From contig JAGWWI010000002.1 in assembly GCA_018970465.1 (NCBI GenBank), forward strand, positions 4,517 through 68,516: a DNA stretch of 64,000 nucleotides, read 5' to 3'. This DNA comes from Patescibacteria group bacterium. Lineage in GTDB: Bacteria > Patescibacteriota > Minisyncoccia > Phycocordibacterales > Phycocordibacteraceae. A model generated the notes under the pieces. It was given only the letters and a program-made list of their open reading frames with translations, was not told the origin of the DNA and made no database searches. The translations under genes were made by a program, and so were the position numbers. This document shows, piece after piece, positions 47,569 to 56,244 of this stretch. Position 1 is the stretch's first letter. Each line of letters opens with the position of its first letter.

Positions 47569-48432
47569 TCACCCAGAGGGCGAGGGAGCGTCGAGGAGTA
47601 CTCTGATGATCTGAACGCCGTTCGCTTGGAACGCCGGTGCGCCATCGACTAGTGAATACCCCTCTGAGTAGAAGAGGTGCTTGATGCCCGTCTCTGCCCA
47701 TTCATAGGCGCACGGTGGACACGGGAAGGTCTGTACATATAGATCACAACCCTCAGTACAGATGCCAGCCCTCAACGCGGCAGCTGCCACCGACCGTTCA
47801 GCATGAGCAGAGGCGGAGAGTTCTATCTGCTCTCCCGGCCCGAACTGGCTGCGAGGATCGCCGTATACGTAGCAGCTTTGTTCGGCCGGGACGTGGCGGT
47901 TGTATGCCCGGACCAAGACAGTGCCGTCGCGCACGAGAAGCGCGCCGATCTGCCGCCACCAGTCGGGACTCCGACCGCCCTCGTAGATAGCTGCCCGCAT
48001 GAGCCGACGATCAAGCTCGTCGGCAGATACGACCTCTTCCCCATCCGGACGGCGCCCGACGGCCACGCTGTCCTTATACCAGCGCAGACGCCAACGCCCG
48101 TCGAAGACAACCGGAACGTCGGCGAGATACATCTCCGCAACCGTGCGAGACACATCCTCATCCGGCATGACGATACGGTACGCTCGGGCGACTTCCCACA
48201 GTTCGCCGCGCGATACCACCCTCACCGTACGGAAGATTGCGAGAGCGGCGATCATCCGCACCGCATCCGCCGGACGATTGCCAGGCAGATGCTTCGTGAG
48301 CGACGAGAACTCGGCGATCAGCTCGTCGTCGAATACGTAGAGGCATGCGCCTTCGTACTGACGAAAGAACTGCAGATACCCTTCGTGCGGTGAAGCGACA
48401 TAGGCGACGACAGCGGTATCAGGCGAGTTCAC
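47569..48432 (-). CDS. dCMP/cytidine-deaminase-fold protein with an unrecognised N-terminal domain of about 150 aa
   Basis: C-terminal 'SASAHAERSVAAAALRAGI...YVQTFPCPPCAYEWAETGIKHLFY' (H-A-E...P-C-x-x-C zinc site). The N-terminal half has no recognisable motif. Confidence 0.7.
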   Translation of the reverse strand: MNSPDTAVVAYVASPHEGYLQFFRQYEGACLYVFDDELIAEFSSLTKHLPGNRPADAVRMIAALAIFRTVRVVSRGELWEVARAYRIVMPDEDVSRTVAEMYLADVPVVFDGRWRLRWYKDSVAVGRRPDGEEVVSADELDRRLMRAAIYEGGRSPDWWRQIGALLVRDGTVLVRAYNRHVPAEQSCYVYGDPRSQFGPGEQIELSASAHAERSVAAAALRAGICTEGCDLYVQTFPCPPCAYEWAETGIKHLFYSEGYSLVDGAPAFQANGVQIIRVLLDAPSPSG

Positions 48433-49102
48433 GTACTGCCTCCTCGAGCGCGACGCTCAGTTTCTTGCGGACATTATCGATTACTTGGAGACCCCCTTCT
48501 TGGGCCAACTTGCGCAGCCGCGCTGTTGTCCCGGTCGGGGACTGCGGCGGGAGCCTGATCAGATGCCCACAGTGTTGTCGCATCTCCTCAAGGTCGGGAT
48601 TATCGCCCGTCGATTCAGAAATGATGCGCACATCGGGGCGAAGCTTGCGGTTGAAGACCTCCGACTCGTTCAGCACAGTGATGAGGTCGACCGCACGGTG
48701 ATAGCTGATGACCTGACAGCGCTCCTCTTCAGGGACAACGGGCCTGTTCAGGTCATCTTCTTTCCTCTTACGGGTGAGCGCATCGGAGTCGACGCCCACA
48801 ACCATGACCACTTGGTCGGCGCGTTCCGGACCAACGCAGTGCTCGATAGCGTCGAGCTTGCCTCTGGCAAGGTAGGCACCGTGGCCACGATGATAGAGAT
48901 CCCACACTCCCTCTGTGTACGCGATAGCGCATCCCATCGAGCGGAGAATGCGGGCCATCTCTAGTAATTCGTCATGGTCGAGGACGACCTGCTCTGGGTA
49001 TACCGCAGAGCCTTTCAAGATGCGCTGGATGCGGCGCATAGTGTCAGCAGGCAACTGCCCAGTGAGCTGGGCTGGGAGAACGTCATTCATAGTGCACCTC
49101 AA
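48419..49102 (-). CDS. Cytidylyltransferase-like (HxGH nucleotidyltransferase superfamily) protein
   Basis: 'AYTEGVWDLYHRGHGAYL...VVMVVGVDSDALTRKRKEDDLNRPVVPEEERCQVISYHRAVDLITVL' parallels TagD/RfaE-II-type cytidylyltransferases. Confidence 0.55.
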   Translation of the reverse strand: MRCTMNDVLPAQLTGQLPADTMRRIQRILKGSAVYPEQVVLDHDELLEMARILRSMGCAIAYTEGVWDLYHRGHGAYLARGKLDAIEHCVGPERADQVVMVVGVDSDALTRKRKEDDLNRPVVPEEERCQVISYHRAVDLITVLNESEVFNRKLRPDVRIISESTGDNPDLEEMRQHCGHLIRLPPQSPTGTTARLRKLAQEGGLQVIDNVRKKLSVALEEAVRELA

Positions 49103-49199
49103 GGTTCAATTGGACTCCCGCCAGCCTAGCACGGCCCTGCAAGGTTTGACTTTTGCGATCAGACGATACAGAATCCGCTCGGATTTCGGAGGACACGCG

Positions 49200-49739
49200 A
49201 TGACTGAATATGCGGATGACGACCTTGAGTTCTCGATCGTGGTCGCTGCGACCGAAGGGGGCGTAATCGGCAACCATGGTCGAATGCCCTGGCGTATCCC
49301 GAGCGACCTCAGGCGCTTCCGGGACATCACGACCGAGATCGGCGTGGTCGTCATGGGCCGGAAGACGTACGCAACTATCTTGCAGACGCTGGGGCATCCA
49401 CTTCAAGATCGGAAGAGCATCGTGCTCTCGCGAAAAGCGACTGGACGGACCGAAACTCTCGCGTTCGTCTCGGACTTCAAGGGAGCTTGCCAGGAGGCGC
49501 GTCGGCTCGGCGGCCGCGCTGCGATCATCGGAGGTGGAGAAATTTATCGACTCTTCCTTCCGCATGCGCTGCGCGTCCATATGACGACCGTATATATGGA
49601 CGTGTCCGGAGACACCACCTTCCCGACCCTAACCGGCCAGTGGCGGTGCGCCGAATGGGAAAGCGCGGCAAGACGGGACGTGCGGGATGAATTCCTTTCG
49701 TCCTATCAGGTCTATGAGCGCGTCAGCGTTCAACACTAA
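49200..49739 (+). CDS. folA: Dihydrofolate reductase
   Basis: 'EFSIVVAATEGGVIGNHGRMPWRIPSDLRRFRDITTEIGVVVMGRKTYATI...IGGGEIYRLFLP'. ORF track start 48915; Met-96 was used. Confidence 0.85.
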   Translation: MTEYADDDLEFSIVVAATEGGVIGNHGRMPWRIPSDLRRFRDITTEIGVVVMGRKTYATILQTLGHPLQDRKSIVLSRKATGRTETLAFVSDFKGACQEARRLGGRAAIIGGGEIYRLFLPHALRVHMTTVYMDVSGDTTFPTLTGQWRCAEWESAARRDVRDEFLSSYQVYERVSVQH

Positions 49740-49744
49740 CGCAA

Positions 49745-49775
49745 AGCGGCGCCCTCCGGGCGCCGCTTCTCGCAT
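49745..49775. terminator. Bidirectional terminator (aaagcggcgccc-tccg-ggcgccgcttctc)
   Basis: 9-bp GC stem between convergent folA and rplK. Confidence 0.6.
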
Positions 49776-49786
49776 TTGAATCTCTC

Positions 49787-50203
49787 TTACTTCACCTCCA
49801 CCCCCATCGACCGGGCCGTGCCGGCGATGATGCGCTCGGCGGCTTCGAGAGAGCCGGCATTGAGGTCGGGCATCTTCTCTTCAGCGATCTTCTTGGCCTG
49901 CGAGCGCGTCAGGCTGCCCACCTTCTTGGGCGCCTTCTCCGAGCCCTTCTCGAGCCCGGCTTCGCGGAGGATGAGGCGAGAGGCCGGCGAGACCTTCACC
50001 ACGAAGGAGAAGCTGCGGTCGTCGTAGACCGAGAGCTCGACGGGCAGGATGGTGCCCATCTTGTCCTTGGTCGCATCATTAAACTGCGTGACGAACTGGC
50101 CGATATTGACGCCCGCGGGGCCGAGCGCGGTGCCGACCGGCGGCGCGGGCGTCGCCTTCCCTCCCGGGATCTGGAGCTTGATCTTCTTTACGACGGTAGC
50201 CAT
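49787..50203 (-). CDS. rplK: 50S ribosomal protein L11
   Basis: '[65 protein letters not shown]'. Confidence 0.95.
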   Translation of the reverse strand: MATVVKKIKLQIPGGKATPAPPVGTALGPAGVNIGQFVTQFNDATKDKMGTILPVELSVYDDRSFSFVVKVSPASRLILREAGLEKGSEKAPKKVGSLTRSQAKKIAEEKMPDLNAGSLEAAERIIAGTARSMGVEVK

Positions 50204-50221
50204 ATGTGTGGGGACTGTAGC

Positions 50222-50860
50222 TTAGAGCTTGCGAACCTGCAAGAAATCGAGCTCGACCGGCGTCTCGCGGCCGAACATGCTGACCATGACCTTCACCTTG
50301 CCGCGCTCCTCGTCGATATCGCCCACTTTGCCCTCGAGATCCTTGAAGGGGCCGTCGGCGATGACGACCGGATCGTCCTTGACGAGGTCGATGCGGTGCT
50401 TCGGAGCTTCCGCCGACATGCGCTTCATCAGGGTGTCGACCTCCGTCTGCTCCATCGGTACAGGCGTATTGCCGGAGCCCACGAAGCCGGTCACGCGCGG
50501 CGTGTTACGCACCACGAACCACGAATCGTCGTCGACGATCATCCGGACGAGGATGTAGCCCGGGTAGATCTTCTCCTCCTCGACGACGCGCTTACCGCCT
50601 TTGACGCGGATCTTCTTCTCGGTCGGGACGACGACCTCGAAGATCTTGTTCTCCATGCCGAGAGACTCGATGCGCTGCTTCAGGTTGCGCTCCACGGCGT
50701 TCTCGTACCCCGCGTAAGTGTGGATGGTGTACCAGCGCGCGTCCGCCGGGTCGGGCTTCGTCTCGTCGCGGATCTCCTTAGGCACCCCGGGCGCGATGTC
50801 GGCCATGCCGATCTCCGCGAACGCCTCCTCTCCTGCCTGATTGTTCTCGTGTTCGTCCAT
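50222..50860 (-). CDS. nusG: Transcription termination/antitermination factor NusG
   Basis: NGN domain 'WYTIHTYAGYENAVERNLKQRIE'. KOW 'GPFKDLEGKVGDIDEERGKVKVMVSMFGRETPVELDFLQV'. Confidence 0.95.
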   Translation of the reverse strand: MDEHENNQAGEEAFAEIGMADIAPGVPKEIRDETKPDPADARWYTIHTYAGYENAVERNLKQRIESLGMENKIFEVVVPTEKKIRVKGGKRVVEEEKIYPGYILVRMIVDDDSWFVVRNTPRVTGFVGSGNTPVPMEQTEVDTLMKRMSAEAPKHRIDLVKDDPVVIADGPFKDLEGKVGDIDEERGKVKVMVSMFGRETPVELDFLQVRKL

Positions 50861-50871
50861 GATGAGAAAGA

Positions 50872-51093
50872 TTAGCCGCCGACAATGCCGCTCACGATCG
50901 CGCCGAGGCCGTAGTCGAGAGCGCCCACCCAGGCCGCGATCACGAGCGCGATCAGGATGACCACGAGCGTGTGCGCGAGCGCGGTCTCGCGCGAGGGCCA
51001 GACGATATGCGCGAACTCTTCGCGCACGTGCTTGAAGTAGGTGGTGATCGCGGTCATAAGCCTGTCGTTACCGAATAAAAACGCTCCAAACAA
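50872..51093 (-). CDS. secE: Preprotein translocase subunit SecE
   Basis: 73 aa. 'FKHVREEFAHIVWPSRETALAHTLVVILIALVIAAWVGALDYGL', upstream of nusG. Confidence 0.8.
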   Translation of the reverse strand: MFGAFLFGNDRLMTAITTYFKHVREEFAHIVWPSRETALAHTLVVILIALVIAAWVGALDYGLGAIVSGIVGG

Positions 51094-51155
51094 AAAACCC
51101 CGCGGGGGGCAGTAACGCCATTATACCGCAAGGGTTTTTTACGTCAAACCAGGGG
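51094..51155 (-). promoter_or_regulatory. Terminator hairpin plus candidate secE promoter (TATAAT)
   Basis: Minus strand reads 'aaaaaacccttgcggTATAATggcgttactgccccccgcggggttttttg'. A short GC hairpin plus T-run follows the upstream gene, and a -10-like hexamer lies about 40 nt before secE. Confidence 0.35.
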
Positions 51156-51950
51156 CTATCGGATCTCGTAGGTGATCGAGACGGAAGCGTTGTAGGTGTT
51201 CTCGCCCGCCGGCACGTTCGGGGTCTCTGCCTTCGCTGCCGGGGCGCCCGCGGCCATGCTGTAGACGGGCATGGGGCTCGTATTGGCCGCCTCAGAGAAG
51301 TTCACGATCTTGCCGAGCCGGACGCCGAGCTCAGCAGCAAGCGACGCGGCCTGCGCCTTGGCCTTCGCGATCGCATCGGAACGCGCCGCGTCGTAGCCCG
51401 CAGCGGGGTTGTCGAGGGCGAAGTCCGGACCCGAGACGTTCTGCACGCCGTGGCCCCCGAGGCCGCCGACGAGCGCGCCCACGTTCGCAAGGTCGCGCAC
51501 CGTCACCTGCACGGTCTCGGCGACCTGGTAGCCGGTCACGGTGGGCGTGCCGATCGGGCAGAGCGCGCCCGCCGGGCAATTCCGATAGGAGTACTGCGGC
51601 GTGATGGCGTAGGAGAGCGTCGTGATGTCCTTGTCCGCGATCCCCTGCCCCTTCACCCAGTCGATGACGGCATTCGCTTGCTTGGTGGTCGCGGCCTGCG
51701 CGTCCGCGACCTGCGGCGCAGTGTTCTGCACTGTGAAGGAGACGTGCGCGACATCCGGCGCGACGGTCGCCTGGCCGTCGCCCGTGACAGTGATCACGTC
51801 AGTCGCGGGGTTCCCCGGCCGGCCGAAGTCTTGCGCGACGGCGACCGTCTCCGCCACCAAGAAGAGCGCGAGGATCGCGAGGACGCCGATGACGGCGACG
51901 CGCAGGCCCGCGTTATAGAAGAGATCGTGCACGAGGTTCTTGTCGTCCAT
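51156..51950 (-). CDS. SIMPL-domain (DUF541, YggE-like) secreted protein
   Basis: N-terminal TM/signal, then 'TVTGDGQATVAPDVAHVSFTVQNTAPQVADAQAATTKQANAVIDWVKGQGIADKDITT...VSITYEI' as in 26-kDa periplasmic SIMPL proteins. Confidence 0.75.
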   Translation of the reverse strand: MDDKNLVHDLFYNAGLRVAVIGVLAILALFLVAETVAVAQDFGRPGNPATDVITVTGDGQATVAPDVAHVSFTVQNTAPQVADAQAATTKQANAVIDWVKGQGIADKDITTLSYAITPQYSYRNCPAGALCPIGTPTVTGYQVAETVQVTVRDLANVGALVGGLGGHGVQNVSGPDFALDNPAAGYDAARSDAIAKAKAQAASLAAELGVRLGKIVNFSEAANTSPMPVYSMAAGAPAAKAETPNVPAGENTYNASVSITYEIR

Positions 51951-51985
51951 AGGGTGAAAAGATTAGGCCTCTATGATACCACCCG

Positions 51986-52696
51986 CTACGCCCCCTCGAG
52001 CGTCGCAAGGAGCCCGCGAAGCGCGGCCTCGGCCGGGAGCGCAGAGGTGTCGAGGCTCGGGTTCGTCCAGTCCGCGCCGCGGTCGATCGCGTCGAAGCGG
52101 ATCACGTCCGCGCCGTGCGCGAGGTAGAAGGCGGTGTCGACGACGCCCTCGAAGCGCTCGATGGTGACGATCGTGAAGCGCTGCCCGCCGATATTCTCGG
52201 AGGTGTAGCCGGTCGCGGGGACCGGAGCGCCGGAGGTCGCGGAGATCGCCGTCGCCTCGATCGTCGCCAAGGGCGTCGAGGAGGCTGCGATCGGATAGCT
52301 CCGGACGACGATCAGGGCCGACCCGACTCCCTGCGGCGTGGTAGAGGCGTCCGCGCTCGTCGAAGAGGCGCTCGGGAGTGCGGCATACGCCGCAAGGACG
52401 GCCCCCTTGCCCCCGGTGCCGTCGTCGGGCACCGACGCGGGCGCGGCGGGCGCGAAGCCCGGCGGGACGGCGTAGGCGAGGTTGACCGCGTCGAGCGCGA
52501 CGTTCGGCGGCGGGCACGCCGGGAAGAGGCACGCGAGCCCCTGACGCGCGACCGCAGTGCCGTCGGGGCAGACCTTCGCGTCGACCGGGCAAGCGATCTG
52601 CCGATTGGCCTGCTCGACCGCGTTCCGGTACACGAGGCCGCCCACCCCGAGGACGATGATGAGCACGATGCCCGCCGCAAGTGTCTTCCAGTCCAT
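51986..52696 (-). CDS. Hypothetical membrane-anchored protein
   Basis: 'MDWKTLAAGIVLIIVLGVGGLVY' anchor, a Cys-pair region 'ACPVDAKVCPDG...ACLFPAC', then an Ala/Ser/Thr-rich segment. Confidence 0.45.
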   Translation of the reverse strand: MDWKTLAAGIVLIIVLGVGGLVYRNAVEQANRQIACPVDAKVCPDGTAVARQGLACLFPACPPPNVALDAVNLAYAVPPGFAPAAPASVPDDGTGGKGAVLAAYAALPSASSTSADASTTPQGVGSALIVVRSYPIAASSTPLATIEATAISATSGAPVPATGYTSENIGGQRFTIVTIERFEGVVDTAFYLAHGADVIRFDAIDRGADWTNPSLDTSALPAEAALRGLLATLEGA

Positions 52697-52699
52697 GGC

Positions 52700-53098
52700 C
52701 TAAGGGCGCTTGGCGCGCAGCTCGTCGCGGATCTCCATGAGGACCTTCAGCTCCGGATTCTCCGAGGGCTTCTTCTCGTCGCTCTTCTTCTTGGCGGCGA
52801 GCATCCCGAGCGCGCGGACGAAGAGGAAGAGCACGAGCGCGATCAGGATGAAATTAACCACCGCCTGGATCAGGACGCCGTAGCCGATCGAGGCGCCGTT
52901 CGGCAGCCGCACGGCGAGCTTCGCGAAGTCGACGCCGCCCGTATAGACGCCGATCGCGGGCGTGATGACGTTGTTCGCGAGCGCGGTCGTGATCGCCGTG
53001 AACGCGCTGCCGACCACGACGCCGACCGCGAGGTCGACCGCATTGCCCTTCACCGCGAACGCCTCAAAATCTTTGAGAAACTGCTTCATGCCGACCAT
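52700..53098 (-). CDS. mscL: Large-conductance mechanosensitive channel MscL
   Basis: 'MKQFLKDFEAFAVKGNAVDLAVGVVVGSAFTAITTALANNVITP'. The ORF-track N-terminus reads through tRNA-His and was trimmed. Confidence 0.85.
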   Translation of the reverse strand: MVGMKQFLKDFEAFAVKGNAVDLAVGVVVGSAFTAITTALANNVITPAIGVYTGGVDFAKLAVRLPNGASIGYGVLIQAVVNFILIALVLFLFVRALGMLAAKKKSDEKKPSENPELKVLMEIRDELRAKRP

Positions 53099-53115
53099 GA
53101 TACCAAACCGCCACG

Positions 53116-53189
53116 GGGGCGACGTGTGGGACTTGAACCCACGACCGCCTGGACCACAACCAGGAGCTCTACCAACTGAGCTAACGCCG
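53116..53189 (-). tRNA. tRNA-His (GUG) with encoded G-1
   Basis: Reverse complement 'g gcggcgt ta gctc agttggta gagc t cctgg ttGTGgt ccagg cggtc gtggg ttcaagt cccac acgtcgc c'. Canonical arms, G-1 opposite C73, one G-U in the acceptor stem. Confidence 0.85.
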
Positions 53190-53259
53190 CCATGCATCTC
53201 GCACAGCGAGGTTATAACACATTATCTTACTCATTGCTTGCGGCGTCAGCGCGCGTGAG

Positions 53260-53802
53260 TCAGTAGCGCGGATGCTCCTCGGCGACGCCCGCGAGGTGAT
53301 TCGCGAGCCGCGCATACGCGAAGAGGAGCGAGGAGAGGCGGTTCAGGTACGCCTTCGCGCCGGGCGAGACGCTCCGGCCGGCGAGCGTCGCGGCCGTGAC
53401 GCGCCGCTCGGCACGGCGCGCGACGGTGCGCGCGACGTCGAGCTTCGCCGAGAGCTCGGTCCCGCCCGCGACCGAGAAGCTCGTCACGGGCGGGATCTCG
53501 CCTTCGATCGCGTTCACGACAGCCGCGAGCTCCTCGGCGGCGGCCTCCGGCACGCGCTTGTCGGCGCCCGCGACCTCGGCCTGGACGATGAAGAGCGTCT
53601 CCTGCGCGGCGCGGAGCCCCGCGCAGACGCGCTCGGGCGCGCCAGGGTGCATCTTCACGAAGCCGAGGAACGCATTCAGCTCGTCGAGGGCGCCCAAGGC
53701 CTCCGGCACCTCGGACGATTTGGCGATGCGGCCCCCCTCGCCCGCGGCCGAGTCGAAGAGCTTGGTCGTCCCGCCGTCCCCTTTGCCGGTGAAGAGCGCC
53801 AT
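53260..53802 (-). CDS. PduO-type ATP:cob(I)alamin adenosyltransferase (MMAB family)
   Basis: 'MALFTGKGDGGTTKLFD...' (IYTRTGDKGTT-like N-terminus) and helical-bundle sequence. ORF track start 53832; Met-11 was used. Confidence 0.75.
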   Translation of the reverse strand: MALFTGKGDGGTTKLFDSAAGEGGRIAKSSEVPEALGALDELNAFLGFVKMHPGAPERVCAGLRAAQETLFIVQAEVAGADKRVPEAAAEELAAVVNAIEGEIPPVTSFSVAGGTELSAKLDVARTVARRAERRVTAATLAGRSVSPGAKAYLNRLSSLLFAYARLANHLAGVAEEHPRY

Positions 53803-53840
53803 GGTTGTCGAGAGCGTAGCATACGCTATCATGAGGCTCT

Positions 53841-54503
53841 ATGACTGATCGAAATAAGGTCTTCTTCATCGCCGGGATCGTGGTCGTCTCGCTCGCGATC
53901 GTGATCGGCGCGGCCGTCTTGCTCGCGAATCGGAGCGCCGCGCCTGGCTTCACCGCGACGACCGTCTCGGCCGTCACCGCGAGCGACCACGCGCGCGGCG
54001 ACGCCTCCTCGACCGTCTCCGTGATCGAGTACGGCGACTACGAGTGCCCGGCCTGCGGCGCCTACGAGCCCCTCGTCGAACAGCTCGCCAAGGAGTACGG
54101 CGATCGCGTCAACTTCGTCTTCCGCAACTTCCCGCTCGCGGAGATCCACCAGAACGCGATGGCGGGCGCCGAGGCGGCGGAGGCCGCCGCGCGCGCGGGC
54201 AAGTTCTGGGAGATGCACGACCTCCTCTACGCCAAGCAAAACGAATGGAGCGTCGCCTCGGGCGCCGCGGTCATGCAAGACCTCAACGGCTACGCGAAGT
54301 CGCTCGGCCTCGACGTCGCGCAGTTCGACGCGGACATGCAGTCGCCGGCCGTCGCCGCGAAGATCCAGGCCGATATCGCCTCGGGGAATGCTGCCGAGGT
54401 GAACCATACGCCCACCTTCTTTATCAATCTGAAGCAGATCCCGAATCCGAATAGCTATGCCGCCTTCAAATCCGCTATCGACAGCGCCCTTGCCGGGCAC
54501 TAA
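53841..54503 (+). CDS. DsbA-family thiol:disulfide oxidoreductase (membrane-anchored)
   Basis: TM anchor, 'VSVIEYGDYECPACGAYEP' with the CPAC active site, and 'HTPTFFING'. Confidence 0.85.
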   Translation: MTDRNKVFFIAGIVVVSLAIVIGAAVLLANRSAAPGFTATTVSAVTASDHARGDASSTVSVIEYGDYECPACGAYEPLVEQLAKEYGDRVNFVFRNFPLAEIHQNAMAGAEAAEAAARAGKFWEMHDLLYAKQNEWSVASGAAVMQDLNGYAKSLGLDVAQFDADMQSPAVAAKIQADIASGNAAEVNHTPTFFINLKQIPNPNSYAAFKSAIDSALAGH

Positions 54504-54945
54504 GCCGGCACACAGAGCGCCCTTGTGGTGGGCCGCGGCGATCGCGCTCGCAGGCTTCGCCGACGCCGCGTACCTCACGGTCGACCATTACATCACGCTC
54601 CCCCTGCCCTGCACGATCCTCCACGGCTGCGAGAAGGTCCTCACGAGCCCCTGGTCTATGGTGGGCCCGATCCCGCTCGCGGCCTTCGGCGTCGCCTTCT
54701 ACCTCTTCGCGCTCTTCGCGGCGCTCTACCTCGCGACCGCGCCCGCGCTCTCGCGCCTCTTGGCGCGTGCCTTCTTCGGCCTCACCTTGATCGGCCTCCT
54801 CTTCTCGGTCGCCTTCGAGTCGATCCAGGCCTTCATCATCCGCGCGCTCTGCATGTACTGCGCCGGCTCCGCCCTCGCCACCCTGCTCCTGTTTATCTGC
54901 GGAATGTTCGTACTAAGGCGTAGCGGCCACGAATTCGCAGCCTAG
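54457..54945 (+). CDS. Vitamin K epoxide reductase (VKOR) family protein, DsbB-like partner of DsbA; start uncertain
   Basis: 'YITLPLPCTILHGCEKVLTSPWS' and 'ALCMYCAGSA' (the two VKOR Cys pairs), about 4 TM helices. The 5' end overlaps dsbA in another frame, so the start is probably internal or non-ATG. Confidence 0.7.
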   Translation: MPPSNPLSTAPLPGTKPAHRAPLWWAAAIALAGFADAAYLTVDHYITLPLPCTILHGCEKVLTSPWSMVGPIPLAAFGVAFYLFALFAALYLATAPALSRLLARAFFGLTLIGLLFSVAFESIQAFIIRALCMYCAGSALATLLLFICGMFVLRRSGHEFAA

Positions 54946-54948
54946 CCC

Positions 54949-55299
54949 TTATCTGATGGGCGTGCCTTGGTGGAAATACATCTGCCATCCTCCATTCGTT
55001 CTTTTCCAAATCGAACTCCGCAAAGAATTCACGACGTCCGTATCATTGATCGTCCGCTTCGTTTTGAATGTGGTGAGCACGCAATCATCTGAAAGCTCTC
55101 GCGCTTCAAAGTCACTTATCTCATACACGACCTTATCGGTAGTGGTGGTGAGACTCTCGAGCGTATCGAGCTTGCGATAGACGGAATCGGAGCTGCCGAA
55201 TTCCATAAAGTCATCCGCTAGCGGTAAACGAGAAGAGCGCACTTCCGGTTGAAGAAGCATGGTCTCGAGCTCATAGAATTGTCGCCCCAACTCGTTCAT
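54949..55299 (-). CDS. SnoaL/NTF2-like (DUF4440-like) small protein
   Basis: '...LRSSIWKRTNGGWQMYFHQGTPI'. The ORF-track N-terminus reads through tRNA-Leu, so it was trimmed to 'MNELGRQF'. Low G+C. Confidence 0.5.
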   Translation of the reverse strand: MNELGRQFYELETMLLQPEVRSSRLPLADDFMEFGSSDSVYRKLDTLESLTTTTDKVVYEISDFEARELSDDCVLTTFKTKRTINDTDVVNSLRSSIWKRTNGGWQMYFHQGTPIR

Positions 55300-55307
55300 A
55301 TCTTCAG

Positions 55308-55391
55308 TGCCCAGGAGAGGACTCGAACCTCCAATCCCTTGCGGGAACCACCACCTCAAGGTGGCGCGTCTGCCAATTTCGCCACCTGGGC
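55308..55391 (-). tRNA. tRNA-Leu (GAG), class II with long variable arm
   Basis: Reverse complement 'gcccagg t ggcg aaattggcag acgc g ccacc ttGAGgt ggtgg ttcccgcaagggatt ggagg ttcgagt cctct cctgggc a'. CCA not encoded. Confidence 0.8.
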
Positions 55392-55611
55392 ATCACTTCG
55401 TCAACTGCGTCGGGCTGGGGCCGGCCAACGACTCGCCCACTATACGCAAAGCGCGCACTATTTTCAATCTTTTGCGGGCAAGCGCGGGAGCTCGAGGGAG
55501 CCCGTACATTTTCTTTAAGACAACCAGCGCTTCCTTCTTGGCATATTTAAGCTGCACGACGCAACTGTTTGGTACTTATCCCCTCACACCAAAAAACTCT
55601 AAAAAGAGGGT

Positions 55612-56193
55612 ATGCTGCAAAATATCCATATGGGGACTTTTGCCAGCACGACGGCCGGATGGCTTTCGGAGCCCATCCATTGGGCATGGTTGGCGATGGG
55701 GATTTTCGCAACGGCGGTTATTGGAGCCTGGGGTGCTCGCGCTGACAATATGATATTTGGAGCCGCCGAGCCAAAGAAAAAGGTGAGAGTCCAACGAACA
55801 TTTACGGAACCCAGTGCCATTTTTGAAGTGGTAAATGAGAACAAAACCATAGATATAGAAATCGTTGGACACGGGGTTGTCTACTATGATAACGATGACA
55901 ATACAGATTCGTTGTCTTTCACGGCTAGGATAAAACCGGGAGCGTCTGTACCTCTAAATATTGGTGATATTACTTTGCTACTTTTCCACAAGCTCAAACA
56001 TAATTACGGAGCAGTGTATTACATATGGGCGAAAGATAGGACAAACGAATATAAACACTACCCAGATGGATGGTTGTTGGGGCATATTAAAAGACTTCGA
56101 TACAGATGGACGAAGAAAAAAGTACCGTTGCCCGAAGGGGGAATCGAAACAGTTATAGGGGTCGATAATCCCGTAAAAGACAGGTACCGCTAA
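55612..56193 (+). CDS. Hypothetical protein (low-G+C island)
   Basis: 193 aa. N-terminal hydrophobic segment 'WAWLAMGIFATAVIGAWGA'. No recognisable motif. Confidence 0.4.
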   Translation: MLQNIHMGTFASTTAGWLSEPIHWAWLAMGIFATAVIGAWGARADNMIFGAAEPKKKVRVQRTFTEPSAIFEVVNENKTIDIEIVGHGVVYYDNDDNTDSLSFTARIKPGASVPLNIGDITLLLFHKLKHNYGAVYYIWAKDRTNEYKHYPDGWLLGHIKRLRYRWTKKKVPLPEGGIETVIGVDNPVKDRYR

Positions 56194-56244
56194 TGTTACA
56201 CTTAGCGAATGTCTGACCGCGACCGCTTCCACAAGCTCCTCGGC

